NCBI GenBank assembly: GCA_964187785.1 | Contig: OZ076409.1 | Coordinates: 95,978,001-96,042,000, forward strand | Direction of reading: 5' to 3' | From: Amphiscolops sp. MND2022 | Taxonomy: Eukaryota | Length of the DNA: 64,000 bases | Shown here: positions 19,274 through 31,714 of the stretch, one piece after another | Position numbering within the stretch: position 1 is the first letter of the stretch | Layout of the letters: each line of letters opens with the position of its first letter | Program-made: the position numbers and the translations under genes | Notes under the pieces: generated by a model | The model's database searches: none | Seen by the model: only the letters and a program-made list of their open reading frames with translations | Told to the model about the DNA's origin: nothing

Positions 19274-22200
19274 ATGGACGAAAACACGGGAGACGGAGAG
19301 AACACACAGACGTCAACGGGAACACAACGAGACGGACAAACGTTACCGAACGACACAATGAACAGGACGGCAGACCGGACCTGCACCCAGAAGCTCACCA
19401 TTCCCACGCTAGAAAAGCAAGACCAAGCCAATGCAAACATGTGGTGGAGAAAATTCGTCCAATATATAAAAATGACGAAAGACATAGACTTGTCAACCAT
19501 GACGAACAGCAAAGAAATCCTACCACAATACCGTGAACAACTCGAAACAGATATAAAAGACATTTTTATCTGGGCAATCGGACAAAATGCTATCACGGAG
19601 ATGACAAAGACGGTCAGGGAAAGAGAACCGAGCTCATTACCGCTATACAAACTCTACACACTCTTCCGACTACACTTCACCCCAGAGAGGAACGTACACC
19701 ATAGCAGAGCCGATTTCTTTGATTTGAAACGGGAAGACGGCGAAACTGCAGCAGATGTATGGAAACGGATATTAGAAGCGGAAAAGAACTGCGAGTTTGA
19801 AACAGTTACCGCAGCAGAGCTCTTAGCATCAAAATTTTTGTCACTGATCGGAAAATCAACCGGTGATTACGACTTAAAAAAGAAAATTAGAAAGAGTGAT
19901 ATGTCGGTAGAAGCCATAACCGATGCAATACATGAGTATATGTACGAAAAATTAAACGACTCACCTGAAACAGAGGAAGAGAAGAAAATCCGATATGTAA
20001 ACAAACGAAAAACAAAAACCACAAAAGAACAACCAGAAAAACCGGCAAAATTTAAAAAGATTGACTGCAACCGTTGCGGAGCACCGAACTGGTCACGTCA
20101 ACATGAATGTCCCGCCAGAGGAAAGAAATGCGCAAAATGTAGCAAAATTGGCCATTTCGCTAAATGCTGCCGCGCAAACAAAAGAGTAAACCACTTAATG
20201 GAAGGTGAAACAAGCAGCGCAGGTGAAGACGACTGGACACCGAACACAACCCATTCAGTAAAACAAAAGATACATTCAACCCGGTCGATGAGCAGCAACG
20301 GACCGGAATTCTTCACAATTACCGCATTGGTTAACAACCGACCAATCAAATTCATAATAGACAGCGGTTCACCAGTAACGCTAATACCAAAATCACAATT
20401 CAACAAGTTAACACCGTTACACCCTTTAGAAACCGAATACCGGGACGTGAATGACAACCGGATACGATTTGAAGGGAAAACAACCGCGAAAGTAGAAATT
20501 AACGGAACACGAAAAGAACTGGAGCTTCTAGTAACAACCAAGAAAACAAACCCCCTGCTAGGTTTGGATTGGATGAAAAAATTGGGAATAACGCTGGAGA
20601 CCGGTACGACCGTCCCACAAATACATCGAATAAAAGAAGACACAGATGTAACAAAATTAAAAACAAAATTCAAAAAGCTGTTCAATGAAAACCATACAGT
20701 AAACGGGTTAGAAGTGAAAATACAAATGAAAGAAAATGCCAAATTGATACAACAGAAGGGAAGACCCATACCGATACATTTGCAACAATCGGTGGAAAAA
20801 GAAATAGAAAAGTTAATAAAACAAGGCCACATTGAAAAGGCCAACAATATTGATGAAAATTGCTTCGTGAGCCCAGCAGTCATCACGGTAAAGAAAGATA
20901 AATCCGTAAAAATTGCGTTAGCTTCAAGAAAGCTAAACGAAATAACCGTGAAACGAAAAGCTCAAATGCCAAACATGGAAGAGCTAATTTCGAGAATATC
21001 GAGAAAAATAGCAGACGGTCCAGCAGATGAAATCTGGATTTCCAAATTCGATTTAGACTATGCTTACGGTCAGCTCATACTTTCAAAATCAGCCAGAAAC
21101 TTGTGCATATTCGCTGTAACCGGAGGAAACTTCACCGGTTACTACCGCTTCCTAAAAGGATTTTACGGGTTAGCGGATATACCGACGATATTCCAAGAAA
21201 AGATCGACCAAACACTGGAAAACAAACATCCAGCATGGCTAGACGATATCATCGTGGTAACGAAAGGATCCAAAGAAGAACACATGAAAGAATTAATTGA
21301 CGTCCTAACCAAACTCGAAAACGCTGGATACAGACTGAGTGAGACAAAATCCGAATTTTTCAAAACAGAAGCTGAATGGATCGGTCACCGGATAGATCAA
21401 GCCGGAATCCGACCGTTACAAGACAAACTACTGGCTATAAAAGAATTGAAACAACCGAACAACGAAAAGGAATTAAAATCCTTTTTGGGAGCCATCCAGT
21501 ACTTGTCAAAATATATTGACAACCTTTCCGCCCAAACCGATAGTCTGAGACAGTTGCTGAAAAAAAATACCAAATGGCTCTGGACGGAAGAACATACACG
21601 GGCTTTCGAAAATTTAAAACAAAAGATCACGGAAATACCGTGTCTAGCACATTACAACTCCGATTATCCAAACGTGATAACAACCGACGCGAGCACAAAA
21701 GGCCTAGGGGCAACCTTATGGCAAGAACAACCGAACGGAACACTAAAACTCATTGGTTTTGCAAGTCGCTTCCTATCAGACACAGAAAAAAAATACGCCA
21801 TCAATGAACTTGAACTACTGGCAGTAGTTTGGGGCCTAGAACATTTCCGTCTATACATTTATGGTAAACCTATTAAGCTCTTGACGGATCACCAGGCATT
21901 AGAACCATTAATTAAACGAAACCGCTCCAATAAAACATATAGCGCACGCTTAACACGGTGGTTGGACCGGTTAGCACATTTCACGATCAACGTAAACCAT
22001 ATAGCAGGCAAACACTTAGCACTCACGGATTATCTCAGCAGAAATCCGGTATTACCACCACAAGCGGACGATACGTACGACGAAGAATACGTAATCAACA
22101 ATATCATTCCACACTACAGCTTCATCTCCAAATACGGTTGCCTTAGCAACCATGCGAGCCAATCAGAAAACGGTACCGAGATAAGTGAACGCAAATCGAA

Positions 22201-24907
22201 CAACGAGCCATCGACAAACGACACGCGTGAACAAACTGCCATTGATTGCCTTAACAGCGCCGTACACACACGCTCAAAGCCAAACAAATTAAACAACCTA
22301 AAGCATACCACATTAAAAATGGATGCTAAAACGATCGAAAACATCGAAGCAAGATTTAATTCCGTTGAAATAACCGAGCTAACGACTCGGTGGAAAGAAA
22401 TTGTCAAACCCGGAATTTACCGCATGACCGGGGGGAGATGGAAACGCTACCATGAACCTAAATTCCTTCGCAACGAGAGGAAAGTCATAGAGGAACGACT
22501 ACAACAACTTACCAGTAATCGACAACCAGAAGACCTTCGACAAATTATCGGACCGCAACACAAAGGGGGCTATCAACCACAAACCGGTCACTCCGAGCAA
22601 TGGACAGTGGACCCATATTGGGACATGGACCGACCAACACCAGTTCAACCGGACAAACCTGGCCCATCCTCCGCACCAATCCCGATGGAAGAAGGTGAGA
22701 TTGACTCGGAAACGGACCAAGACCCTTCGGTCCTAGAGGTGCCAGCAATAAATTGGGCACGATACGTCGGGGTAAAAAGTGTCCAGTACGTAAAGATGGG
22801 ACACGCACCAAGAGTCGCAGCAGAAGAGCGAAATGAATGGAATCTCGAACACGCAGTGCGGGAGACAGAAAAGAACTTCTCCTCGGATTTGCAGCTATTG
22901 ATGAATGAGACCACAAACGACCCCAGCTTGCTAAAAACCCTGGTATGTCTCGAAAGACAACAGCACGAAATGATACCGGAGGAATATCAAACGGTCAGAA
23001 GAAAACTATCCAGCCGGTTCGAACTTGTTTTCATGGAAGACAGAATTATAGTACCAAAAAACCTCCGAACCACAGTCATCAGCCTTTTGCACAAAGGACA
23101 TCCAGCCATCAATAAGATGACTCTGGCAGCTCGACACTTCTGGTGGCCGAAGATGACAGAAGCCATACAGAAAAAATGTGAAACTTGCATCCCCTGCAAA
23201 ATGTCCGGTAAGAGCATAAAACCTAACATACCCAGCACGGAAAAAAATAACCTACCCCCGGTGAATAGTCCGAACGAAGAAATCCAATTGGATTTCATCG
23301 GACCAATCACGGATAATAACCGTCGATTTTATATATTACTATCCATTGACCGGTACAGTAAATGGCCGGCAGCCAGTTTCTGCAAACACACCGACGGGGA
23401 AACGGCGGTAAAATCTCTTGAACAATATATTCAACTGAACGGTATACCAAAGACAATTAGAACCGATAAGGCGACTGCGTTTACGGGCCGCACTTTCCGC
23501 AATTTCTGCAAAAAACACTACATTAAACTGATCTACGGAACACCGTACATCCACACCCCCACAGGCTTAGTAGAAAGAGGGGTCAGAACTCTGAAAGATA
23601 ATCTTCTAACGAACATTAAGGCCGGAGAACGATTCGGAAAAAATCTAGACTTGTCATTAGACGTGATGAGAAAAACACCTCACACGAAACCAAAGAAGTC
23701 CGCATTCGCACTACATTACGGTCGAAAACCAAACACGGAAATTTCTAATCTGTTAAGCTTAGATAACTTGAAAAATCTAACAAAGAATTCCATTTCAGCG
23801 AAACCAGATACCTTACAGGTATATTCATTCAGCGGAGTTGGCGGTGTCTCCGACCAGCTACCGATGAAGACAAGAAAAAGCGATAAAGGAGTTAGTAACC
23901 ACCCTTTCCTTTTCTTAGAAAAAAAACATCACAAAACAAAGTTCGAAAGTGCATATACAGATAAACCGAATATAGCTATTTCGGAAACGAACCATACCGT
24001 AACAACGCCAAACGGAAGAACAATACACAAGAAATCTATTAGTAAACCCATCTGTAATTTTAACCAGGAATGCAACAACAACAGAGGAACTGGGCCGAGA
24101 GGGCCAGACGGCCGGTTTACAAGATCACCATCAAAACCGAAGAGGGCATACGTGATCGAATCAGACACCGAGACACCGCTACCAGAAATCAGCAGCCCAA
24201 TCACCACGGACCAACCGGACAACGCCACGGTGAGAAACGGTACGTATGGCAGAGGCAGACCAGTGAAACTAATACGAGACCGGAGAAACTCAAGCCCCCA
24301 CCAATCCCCACCAGGAGGGACGGGCAGCACTGGCCCACTTACCATCATCGCAGCCAACATGACAGACACGGAGATCAACCGTGCTATCGAAGACGCTAGA
24401 CAAGCGAATGATGAACTTTTTATCAGAGATGATAATGGTAAGGTGTTTAAAAATCTGACTTCTTTTCCTAAAACGGGGGAAGAGAACAACTTTGAAAATT
24501 CTGAATTAGACTTGATCAGTAATCTGAGCTCTAGCACTGAATTAGAAGCAGATATTAAACACGAAGAAGAAAAAACAGTACGCAGATCAAAAAGACTAAC
24601 AAAAACCAACCCAATTGTTAGATATAATAACCCGGTATGTCATGATTACAGGAAACACCGTAGAAAGGCTGAACCTGAACCAAATGGAAACGGAACCAAA
24701 CAACCTCAACTAGCCCATACAACGGACAACAAACTGACGTCACGGACAAACACTCACCGTGACAACCACACAAGCGAGGATCGGTCATCCGTCCATAAAC
24801 AACTGGACCATTGGAGGAACTACCGCCATACAGCAGAAGAACAGAAACCCATTGGCCGAACATCAGCCAATAGTGAGGGGGGAAATGTAGAGAGTACAGA
24901 CAATTAA
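19274..24907 (+). CDS. Element B Gag-Pol polyprotein, 1877 aa
   Basis: Two Zn knuckles (CNRC..H.C, CAKCSKIGHFAKCC), protease IDSGS, RT WLDD, RNase H TTDAS, integrase HKGH..CIPC, QLDF/TDKA/VER. Confidence 0.95.
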   Translation: MDENTGDGENTQTSTGTQRDGQTLPNDTMNRTADRTCTQKLTIPTLEKQDQANANMWWRKFVQYIKMTKDIDLSTMTNSKEILPQYREQLETDIKDIFIWAIGQNAITEMTKTVREREPSSLPLYKLYTLFRLHFTPERNVHHSRADFFDLKREDGETAADVWKRILEAEKNCEFETVTAAELLASKFLSLIGKSTGDYDLKKKIRKSDMSVEAITDAIHEYMYEKLNDSPETEEEKKIRYVNKRKTKTTKEQPEKPAKFKKIDCNRCGAPNWSRQHECPARGKKCAKCSKIGHFAKCCRANKRVNHLMEGETSSAGEDDWTPNTTHSVKQKIHSTRSMSSNGPEFFTITALVNNRPIKFIIDSGSPVTLIPKSQFNKLTPLHPLETEYRDVNDNRIRFEGKTTAKVEINGTRKELELLVTTKKTNPLLGLDWMKKLGITLETGTTVPQIHRIKEDTDVTKLKTKFKKLFNENHTVNGLEVKIQMKENAKLIQQKGRPIPIHLQQSVEKEIEKLIKQGHIEKANNIDENCFVSPAVITVKKDKSVKIALASRKLNEITVKRKAQMPNMEELISRISRKIADGPADEIWISKFDLDYAYGQLILSKSARNLCIFAVTGGNFTGYYRFLKGFYGLADIPTIFQEKIDQTLENKHPAWLDDIIVVTKGSKEEHMKELIDVLTKLENAGYRLSETKSEFFKTEAEWIGHRIDQAGIRPLQDKLLAIKELKQPNNEKELKSFLGAIQYLSKYIDNLSAQTDSLRQLLKKNTKWLWTEEHTRAFENLKQKITEIPCLAHYNSDYPNVITTDASTKGLGATLWQEQPNGTLKLIGFASRFLSDTEKKYAINELELLAVVWGLEHFRLYIYGKPIKLLTDHQALEPLIKRNRSNKTYSARLTRWLDRLAHFTINVNHIAGKHLALTDYLSRNPVLPPQADDTYDEEYVINNIIPHYSFISKYGCLSNHASQSENGTEISERKSNNEPSTNDTREQTAIDCLNSAVHTRSKPNKLNNLKHTTLKMDAKTIENIEARFNSVEITELTTRWKEIVKPGIYRMTGGRWKRYHEPKFLRNERKVIEERLQQLTSNRQPEDLRQIIGPQHKGGYQPQTGHSEQWTVDPYWDMDRPTPVQPDKPGPSSAPIPMEEGEIDSETDQDPSVLEVPAINWARYVGVKSVQYVKMGHAPRVAAEERNEWNLEHAVRETEKNFSSDLQLLMNETTNDPSLLKTLVCLERQQHEMIPEEYQTVRRKLSSRFELVFMEDRIIVPKNLRTTVISLLHKGHPAINKMTLAARHFWWPKMTEAIQKKCETCIPCKMSGKSIKPNIPSTEKNNLPPVNSPNEEIQLDFIGPITDNNRRFYILLSIDRYSKWPAASFCKHTDGETAVKSLEQYIQLNGIPKTIRTDKATAFTGRTFRNFCKKHYIKLIYGTPYIHTPTGLVERGVRTLKDNLLTNIKAGERFGKNLDLSLDVMRKTPHTKPKKSAFALHYGRKPNTEISNLLSLDNLKNLTKNSISAKPDTLQVYSFSGVGGVSDQLPMKTRKSDKGVSNHPFLFLEKKHHKTKFESAYTDKPNIAISETNHTVTTPNGRTIHKKSISKPICNFNQECNNNRGTGPRGPDGRFTRSPSKPKRAYVIESDTETPLPEISSPITTDQPDNATVRNGTYGRGRPVKLIRDRRNSSPHQSPPGGTGSTGPLTIIAANMTDTEINRAIEDARQANDELFIRDDNGKVFKNLTSFPKTGEENNFENSELDLISNLSSSTELEADIKHEEEKTVRRSKRLTKTNPIVRYNNPVCHDYRKHRRKAEPEPNGNGTKQPQLAHTTDNKLTSRTNTHRDNHTSEDRSSVHKQLDHWRNYRHTAEEQKPIGRTSANSEGGNVESTDN

Positions 24908-25076
24908 CTTAATTAGTCTATAAACTGTCTACTACATTTGTAATTGATGTTCTTTCATTTAAATACCTGCCACCTAAGCGCAGATGATCTACCATCAGAA
25001 AGCTTGTATAGTAAGCTAGAAAACAATTGAGTTTTGTACTGAGATACTTCTTTAACCGTAAAGCTAGATTACCACA
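24886..25076 (+). repeat. 3' LTR of element B
   Basis: Preceded by the polypurine tract at 24875-24885. Confidence 0.97.
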
Positions 25077-25571
25077 GTTAGACTGTCCCTTCGTGGTGAA
25101 AACGTGTGTTTTTTGACAAACAAAAGTCGAGGAATATACCACACATGGGAGCAACTCTGAGCAGAAATATGGGATTTTTCCAGTTGGTACTGTGGATGCT
25201 CTGGAAACGTGAAAAATTCAGTAGGGAAGTTTGCCAAATGAGCGGTTCTAATTTTTTGGTTGCCTTTTTTTCAGACACTCTGTCTACTTGACAAACTTGC
25301 CACTTCGTTGCACTAAGGTTGTCGAGCAATGCTTGACATAAAACTGTTTCTAAATAAAATTGGTAAAAATTACAGAAGCCTGACAATCTGTGGGATATTT
25401 TCCTATGAAAAACAAGCATTTTTCTATATTTTTTACAATACTTATAATTCAGCTCACTTGTTTGAAGATTCACCTGTCTTCGGGTATAACGTTAAAACTC
25501 GGATACAGCGTGCTGGGACAAAAGGGAGCGCTTGTTGCCTCCTCCTTAGTAAAACGCAAAATTAAATACAA

Positions 25572-26850
25572 ACTACAAAAAAAGTCAAGTAACTAAAACA
25601 GTCGAGTGGATGGAGATTGTGGAGATTTGCAGAATTTGAAAAAAAGCAACACAGAATTTAATTTTCCCCCCATTATATGTGGGCGGAAAATAAAAAATTG
25701 TTTTGAACTGTCTATTGAAATTTAGACACAACTTTCCCCCCAAATCATTTCATATCTTGAGATTGTGGACACAAAAAATTTTGCGATCAATACAATACAG
25801 AGTGTTTACAGATACGCGTACATTTAATACTGGGGTAATGTTCTGTTTACATTCAATTTCATCTTCATTTATTACAGAAATGCCGCTGTCGTCGTAAAGT
25901 GATATCACCTTTTTCAACATGGTAATGTTATCTTCAAGATACATATGTATTTAGTTTGTACAGATTCGTGTTTATGCAACTTCGTATCGCACCTCTTCTA
26001 ACCTTATAGAATCTGGGACAAACAACTATTTGCCTGGTGAGCAAGTCATTTTACAGAGTTTCCAAATTTGAACCTAGGTCTTGTTGAATCGATCTCGGAC
26101 AGTTTGCAACCAAGCAGATGCACATTAAAAACGCGCATATGTTCCTTTCGTTGAGTTTCCAGAGTGTAAAATAATTTTCAATCTTCAACTCCAATTTATA
26201 CAATGCATATTTGTTTTTAAAAAAAGAGTAGTCATCAGTTTTCGTTCTCCCAATTGAACCTCTGGGTCTGTACTTTTTGTTTTGTGTAAATTTTGAAAAT
26301 GCGGATTTCAACGAGTCAATCTACTCAAAAGCTCTAGGAAGGGTTAAGTCCTCTAGAAAAGGTCTATTGTTCATTCAAGGATTTCCTTACTTTTTGTTAG
26401 TTTCAGGTAAAAGGTATTTCCGAAGGTTTAGAGAGTTTTTCCCGAATATGACCATTTTCTTTCAAATAGATCCAATTAGTAAAACTAAATTTATTTTGGC
26501 CGAGTTCACGATAGATCATTGGACTGGGAACGCCTTTGCGAACGTTGAGTAGTCGACGTGAATACTTCCGGCGAAACACTTCATTTTGTTCAAGGTTTTC
26601 ATTTCCATATATTTGACAATCTTATTAGAAATATGTATTATCATTTAGTCGAAGAGCTGTTTTGTTTTTCAACAAGACTTGGATATCGAGCCATGCTACC
26701 TAATTTGGACAGTGTGTTTTCTGTTTTGTTATTTTCCGACCCCACATTTTAAAAATGGGGAGGAAAATCATGATCTGTGACTCGTTTTTGTTTTCAAATT
26801 TGCCAAATCTCCTCAATTTCCACCTTTTGATTACTTGACTATTTTATATA
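25572..26850. mobile_element. Decayed TIR DNA transposon
   Basis: ~100-bp imperfect inverted repeats (25572-25675 vs 26752-26850) around broken minus-strand ORF fragments. Confidence 0.5.
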
Positions 26851-27219
26851 GCTACGAAAATAGTCAAGTAACTAAAATAGCATACAGCGGGAACAATATC
26901 TCAAGTCAAAAAAGGAATAAGATCTGAAGGGAATAAGATCTAAAAATTCAGGGCGGGAACAAAATCTAAAGGGAATAAGATCTAAAATCACTAAATTTTA
27001 GTTCTTATTCTTTAGATCCTATTCCCCTCAAAATTCCTCCTATTCCTCCCAAAATAGCTATGGCTCAGTTGGTGAAGGCAAACAGGGCGGAAAATATCAC
27101 GGTGCTAGCGGGCGTCTTGTTAATATTACGGTTTATTGTGGCCTGAAAACTGTTGTTATACTTCACCCCAAGATAAAAGACCTAATCTAGTCTTCCGTAT
27201 AGTGTAATATTAAAAGAGA

Positions 27220-27562
27220 CGCGAACTGTCTCCGGACTTTGCGCTAAACCTTTGCACGCGTGGTATCTCTGGCTGTAGGTCAGCTTGTTTCAAAACATGC
27301 TAGGGCCCCTTTGACCTAATCTTGTCCCCAGTATTATAACGTGGCCACACAAGAAAACAGGAAAAACGGAAAATTTGCGCTCAATCTTTTGAACATTTTT
27401 GCCCGTTTTTCTGATTTTGGAGACATCACGTCAACATTCCGTGAAAATGCGTGCAATTCTATATAATTTTTACTTGAAAATCTTATTCAAGAGTTTTCTT
27501 TACCATACGGTGGGCTGGTGCCTTTAGAAGTTTGCAGATCTTAAGTGGTGCAAATACGTACC
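27220..27562 (+). repeat. Dispersed ~340-bp repeat; inverted copy at ~59281-59612
   Basis: ctccggacttt..ctttgcacgc..ggtgcctttagaagtttgcagatcttaagt matches the reverse complement of the other copy. Confidence 0.75.
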
Positions 27563-28695
27563 ACGATGCTAATTAGGATTAATCAGTCGTTGATTTTTTC
27601 AGAGCTTCGAGAATGGTTTGCGCATTTTGATTTTCGCCTCAACAATGAACACTTCTTTTTTGCCTCTCGTTTTTGCTCATTGTTTTTTTTATTCGTACTT
27701 TTTTTGTATATATTTCTCTCACGTTCATACATTCCTTATCGAATCATGGATATTGGTTGCGTGTTGCTTGCGGAAAAGATGTTAATATCGCCATATAAAC
27801 TCTGCGGTCCTCATCGAATGTTCATCCAATTTTTCCAAGGTTTTGTCAATACAGGCTAGACCAGTAGCTAAGAAATTCCTTAGGTCAAGCCTTGATTCTG
27901 CTTGACAAACCTTTCGGTGTTTTGTCTCAACTGTTTCACTATTTTCCATTGTTTTCTCGGTTTTGGTCGTTTTTGTTTTTTTTTCAATTCAGATCTGTGT
28001 TAATTCATAAAACGAACATGATTGGACAAAGGAAATCGGAGACGTTTTCATCCAGTTTTATGACTATGAAGCCATCTTCGTTTAGGATTCTTGACGAGTC
28101 TTGATTATCGAACGAGTGTAAAGAAGAACGAATATAAAGCCTATCTCAAACCTGATTGGACGACGAAATGAGCAAACTACCGCTTTGACTCTCGACTTGT
28201 GGTCGGTTTTTGATGCGGAAAGTCGATTTGCTCCAAAAGAGGTTTTAATTATCAATGATTGACAAGCTAGAATAGAAAAGTCAAGCCTGCTGGTTGTTGA
28301 ACTTTTCCCGTAAATGAATAAATTTGGGTTCATCAAAAACGGAAGCGTCAAAAAAACCCCATACTTAGAAACTTTAGTTGACTTGCACGGCAGCATTTGT
28401 TTTCAAATTTTTCAGCTTTCGGATAAACGTTTCAAAAAAAATGTTTAGTTACCCTTGAAAAACGTTTTCCGGGGAAAGCCCAGGGGAAACAATTACTAAA
28501 CGATTCTGGCTTAATGATAGAAGCAGTGCCAACGGAGGCATCTCGCAAGAATTTTGCAAGTATCAGTCTAAATTGGCAAGAATCTTACAGGATCTTGCAA
28601 GATGCAGTTACTTCTTGCAAGAATTATTCCTTGTCCTGCCAGATGTTGCAAGATTTTTGCAAGTTATATGTAAATTATCAAGCAGATTTTTTTAG

Positions 28696-28908
28696 CTAGC
28701 CAGCGATGCTCTTCGAGTGGTAGTGGTGCCAAAACCAAGTAGATCCAGAATATTGTTCAATTCCGCTTTCTGGAGTAACATGCGGCGGTTATGCGGAAAA
28801 GTTAGAATCAGTTACAACCCAATTCAACCTCTGCCTTTCAACCTGATGACGGAGTTTTTTGATCATTACGTCTGCAGCAAACGAGATGGAAAATGTCTCC
28901 TGCCATGG
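28696..28908 (+). CDS. Probable exon of Patched-related host gene (ectodomain 1)
   Basis: DALRVVVVPK..FWSNMRRLCGKV..HYVCSKRDGKCLLPW resembles the PTCHD3 ectodomain C-x5-C segment; AG acceptors upstream, GT donor at 28909. Exact start uncertain. Confidence 0.55.
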
Positions 28909-29560
28909 GTCTGTACTGGTGGAAAAACGCATCACCAAAATGGCCAACCCAAAGAAGAAATCAGACCTAAATATGCTTCAAACACAAAGCTGTTCGGAGT
29001 GAAATATCACAATGGCAATAACAACAGGCACAGCTGAAATTCACGATCGTTTTTAAGAGAGGAATAAAATTTCCGCATGAAAATGAAAAAAAAACAAATT
29101 GAAAAAAAAACGGAAAAGTATGATGTTATATTGATAATATTCATGGTCCCCTTCAATTTGCCCCTGTAGTTAAGGCACTAGCGGTATGCAAGTTATTGTA
29201 ATGGTAAAAATTGTTAATGTTCGGTACCATTGGAAAAAGACGTTAATTTTGATTCAAAAAGTCACTCCACAGTCTCGTATCTGGATAACGTTTCATAATC
29301 GTTCAATAGAAATGAAAATCTTTCGAGCTTTTTAAAAAGTTTTCAATTATTTTGTTTCAAAGTTCGACAAAAGTTGAGAAATTTGTTTTTTTGACTCGTA
29401 CAATTATAATGAAAAAAATTTGAAATTTTGCTCCTTTGCAAAATTAAGTTCGTACAAAGACCTCCCAGTGTTGACGTTTGCCTCTGAAAGGCTTGCTTCA
29501 TAAGTATCGCTGATGGTGAATAATATTGGAATCTTGTCACGGTCATGATACGAGCATTGT

Positions 29561-30130
29561 AGAATCAGGGAAAGATCATGGTAGAATAATGGAATGATCA
29601 TGGTTTAATCATGGATCGATCATGGTAGAATCATGAAAAGATCATGGTAGAATCATGGAAAGATCATGGTAGAATCATGGAAAGATCATGGTAGAATCAT
29701 GGAAAGATCATGGTAGAATCATGGAAAGATCATGGTAGAATCATGGAAAAATCATGACAGAATCATGGAAAGATCATGGTAGAATCATGGAGAAAGCATG
29801 ACAGAATCATGGAAAGATCATGGTAGAATCATGGAGAAAGCATGACAGAATCATGAAAAGATCTTGGTAGAATCATGGAAAGATCATGGTAGAATCATGG
29901 AAAGATCGTGACAGAATCATGAAAAGATCATGGAAAAATCATGGTAGAATCATGGAACGATCATGGTAGAATCATGGAAAGATCATGGTAGAATCATGGA
30001 AAGATCATGGTAGAATCATGGAAAGATCATGGTAGAATCATGGAAAGATCATGGAAAGATCATGGTAGAATCAGGGAAAGATCATGGTAGAGTCATTGGA
30101 AGATCATGGTAGAATGATGGAAAGATCTTG
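29561..30130. repeat. Minisatellite, 22-bp unit ATCATGGTAGA-ATCATGGAAAG
   Basis: About 25 tandem units, each made of two related 11-mers. Confidence 0.95.
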
Positions 30131-30796
30131 ACAATGTTTGCAATGCACGTTTTGTGTCTTCGAACAGTGTTTTTCAATTCCTAAACATTTAACAACGACA
30201 AAGTGAATTTCGGGGGTATTAAAGCAGCTACGACGCAAGTAGGGACTCATTAGCTGAGGAATCACGTCTCATTCACAGTGCAAAATCTTTCGTTCTTTAC
30301 TGGCATCATAACCACAAGTTAGTAGTACACTATTCGTGCTTTCCCTTTCTTCATTCGAACTAAAAACTAGAAATACAACCTTTGGAATATTTCTTTGTTT
30401 TTTGTATGAATCTAATTTTTATTGAATCTAAAAACATTGATATTAAGTAGGTTGTTTCGAATGATATGAGTTTGTGGATTTTTCTTTATCGAACAATAGT
30501 GGTATTTTTCCCTAGAATTCGATGGGTGATACCGGCAGAACCTCAAAAACACAAAAATGCTTGATGCTAATTTTGAATATCGTTCAACAACTCGCTATAA
30601 TTTTGCTCGATTCAATTGCTTGTCAGAGTAAGGGATGCCCAGAAATATATTGCAATACTTTCGCAGGCCTCCAATAAATTATTTTATTTCTCGCAAGGAT
30701 GCAATAAATTGTTATTTTACCATATCTAAAATAAGTTATCGCAATTATCAAAGAAAAACGAAAAGTATTTCGTCAACAAAAAGCAATTTTCTTCAG

Positions 30797-30829
30797 GATG
30801 AGCTGGCGTTCGTTGTTCGAGACCGTTCG
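30797..30829 (+). CDS. Candidate micro-exon of Patched-related gene (DELAFVVRDRS)
   Basis: TTTTCTTCAG acceptor, phase 0 compatible with the preceding exon, followed by GCGGGGAT as after the exon ending at 63964. Confidence 0.35.
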
Positions 30830-31714
30830 GCGGGGATAACTATTTTTTCTCTGATAAAAATGGTAAAAAACCTTTCTACCTTGTTCAAAGTTGGGGGATT
30901 GTACGATAAACCCCGTAATTTTCTTTTTTTTTGCCATTTGTTCCGCAAGTATCGAAAACTAGCCTGTTGACAAATAAAATATTATTTAAAGTATACCGTA
31001 CTGCGACTAGGAAATAGTCCGTCCCCCTATGCACAGAGCGTCGTTATCGATCAATAAAAATTGCTTATTTGCTCCCACTTTCAAAAGAAATCTCAGATGC
31101 ATGGAAGAGCACTTCAGTTATTTTCCCAGTTTTAGAAGGTTTTTGAAACTTTTTTTCTGAAAACTTTTAATTCATCGGATTCTGCAGATTGTATAGATTT
31201 CAATAATATATTTTTTGTTTCAGAAGAACTCTAAATGAAAAAATAATCGTGGATAAAACGGTCATAACTTGGAAAAACTGAAAAATGTCCTGAATTTGCT
31301 CAAAATCAGCTATTTGTATTTCTCAATTATTGTCTCAGAAATTTGAAAAAATACTAATGTAAACTAGATGAAATTCTAAGAAACTTCTACTTCGGACGTT
31401 TTTCAAAATTTCAACCGATTTCGAGAAAATCGAGCCTAAATCTAGTCAGAATACAAGGTCATTCAAGCAAAAGCAATATGTTCCAAAAATGTTTATCGTG
31501 AAAATGAGAGCATGTACAGAAATGAAAATCTCTCCTATTAGTTTTCGGAAAATTTGAACAGCTTGTCTGTCGTCTTTTATAGATGGTAAGCTACAGAATA
31601 GGAGCGAAGTATTGGCACGAGTCGAAAAGTTGTGTCAATTTTCCGAAAACGATTCATTTTCGTATACTTAGAACAAGTTTTGTATTTTGATTTCACGAGT
31701 ATGCATACACTGAT

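Larger units (their letters stand above)
19015..25076 (+). mobile_element. Complete Mag-like Ty3/Gypsy LTR retrotransposon (element B, 6062 bp)
   Basis: Two 191-bp TG..CA LTRs with 2 visible mismatches, TSD GTTAG (19010-19014 and 25077-25081), PBS, PPT GAGGGGGGAAA, single gag-pol ORF. Confidence 0.97.

Noticed and set aside
20098..24609. Antisense ORFs (262 aa, 226 aa) in element B and many short + strand ORFs over elements A and C
   Set aside because: Shadow frames of long coding sequences, with no motifs.
25131..25565. First exons (TM1) of the Patched-related gene
   Set aside because: MGATLSRNMGFFQLVLW is vaguely similar, but no consistent splice model could be built.
29561..30130. CRISPR array
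   Set aside because: No unique spacers and a eukaryotic context; it is a tandem minisatellite.
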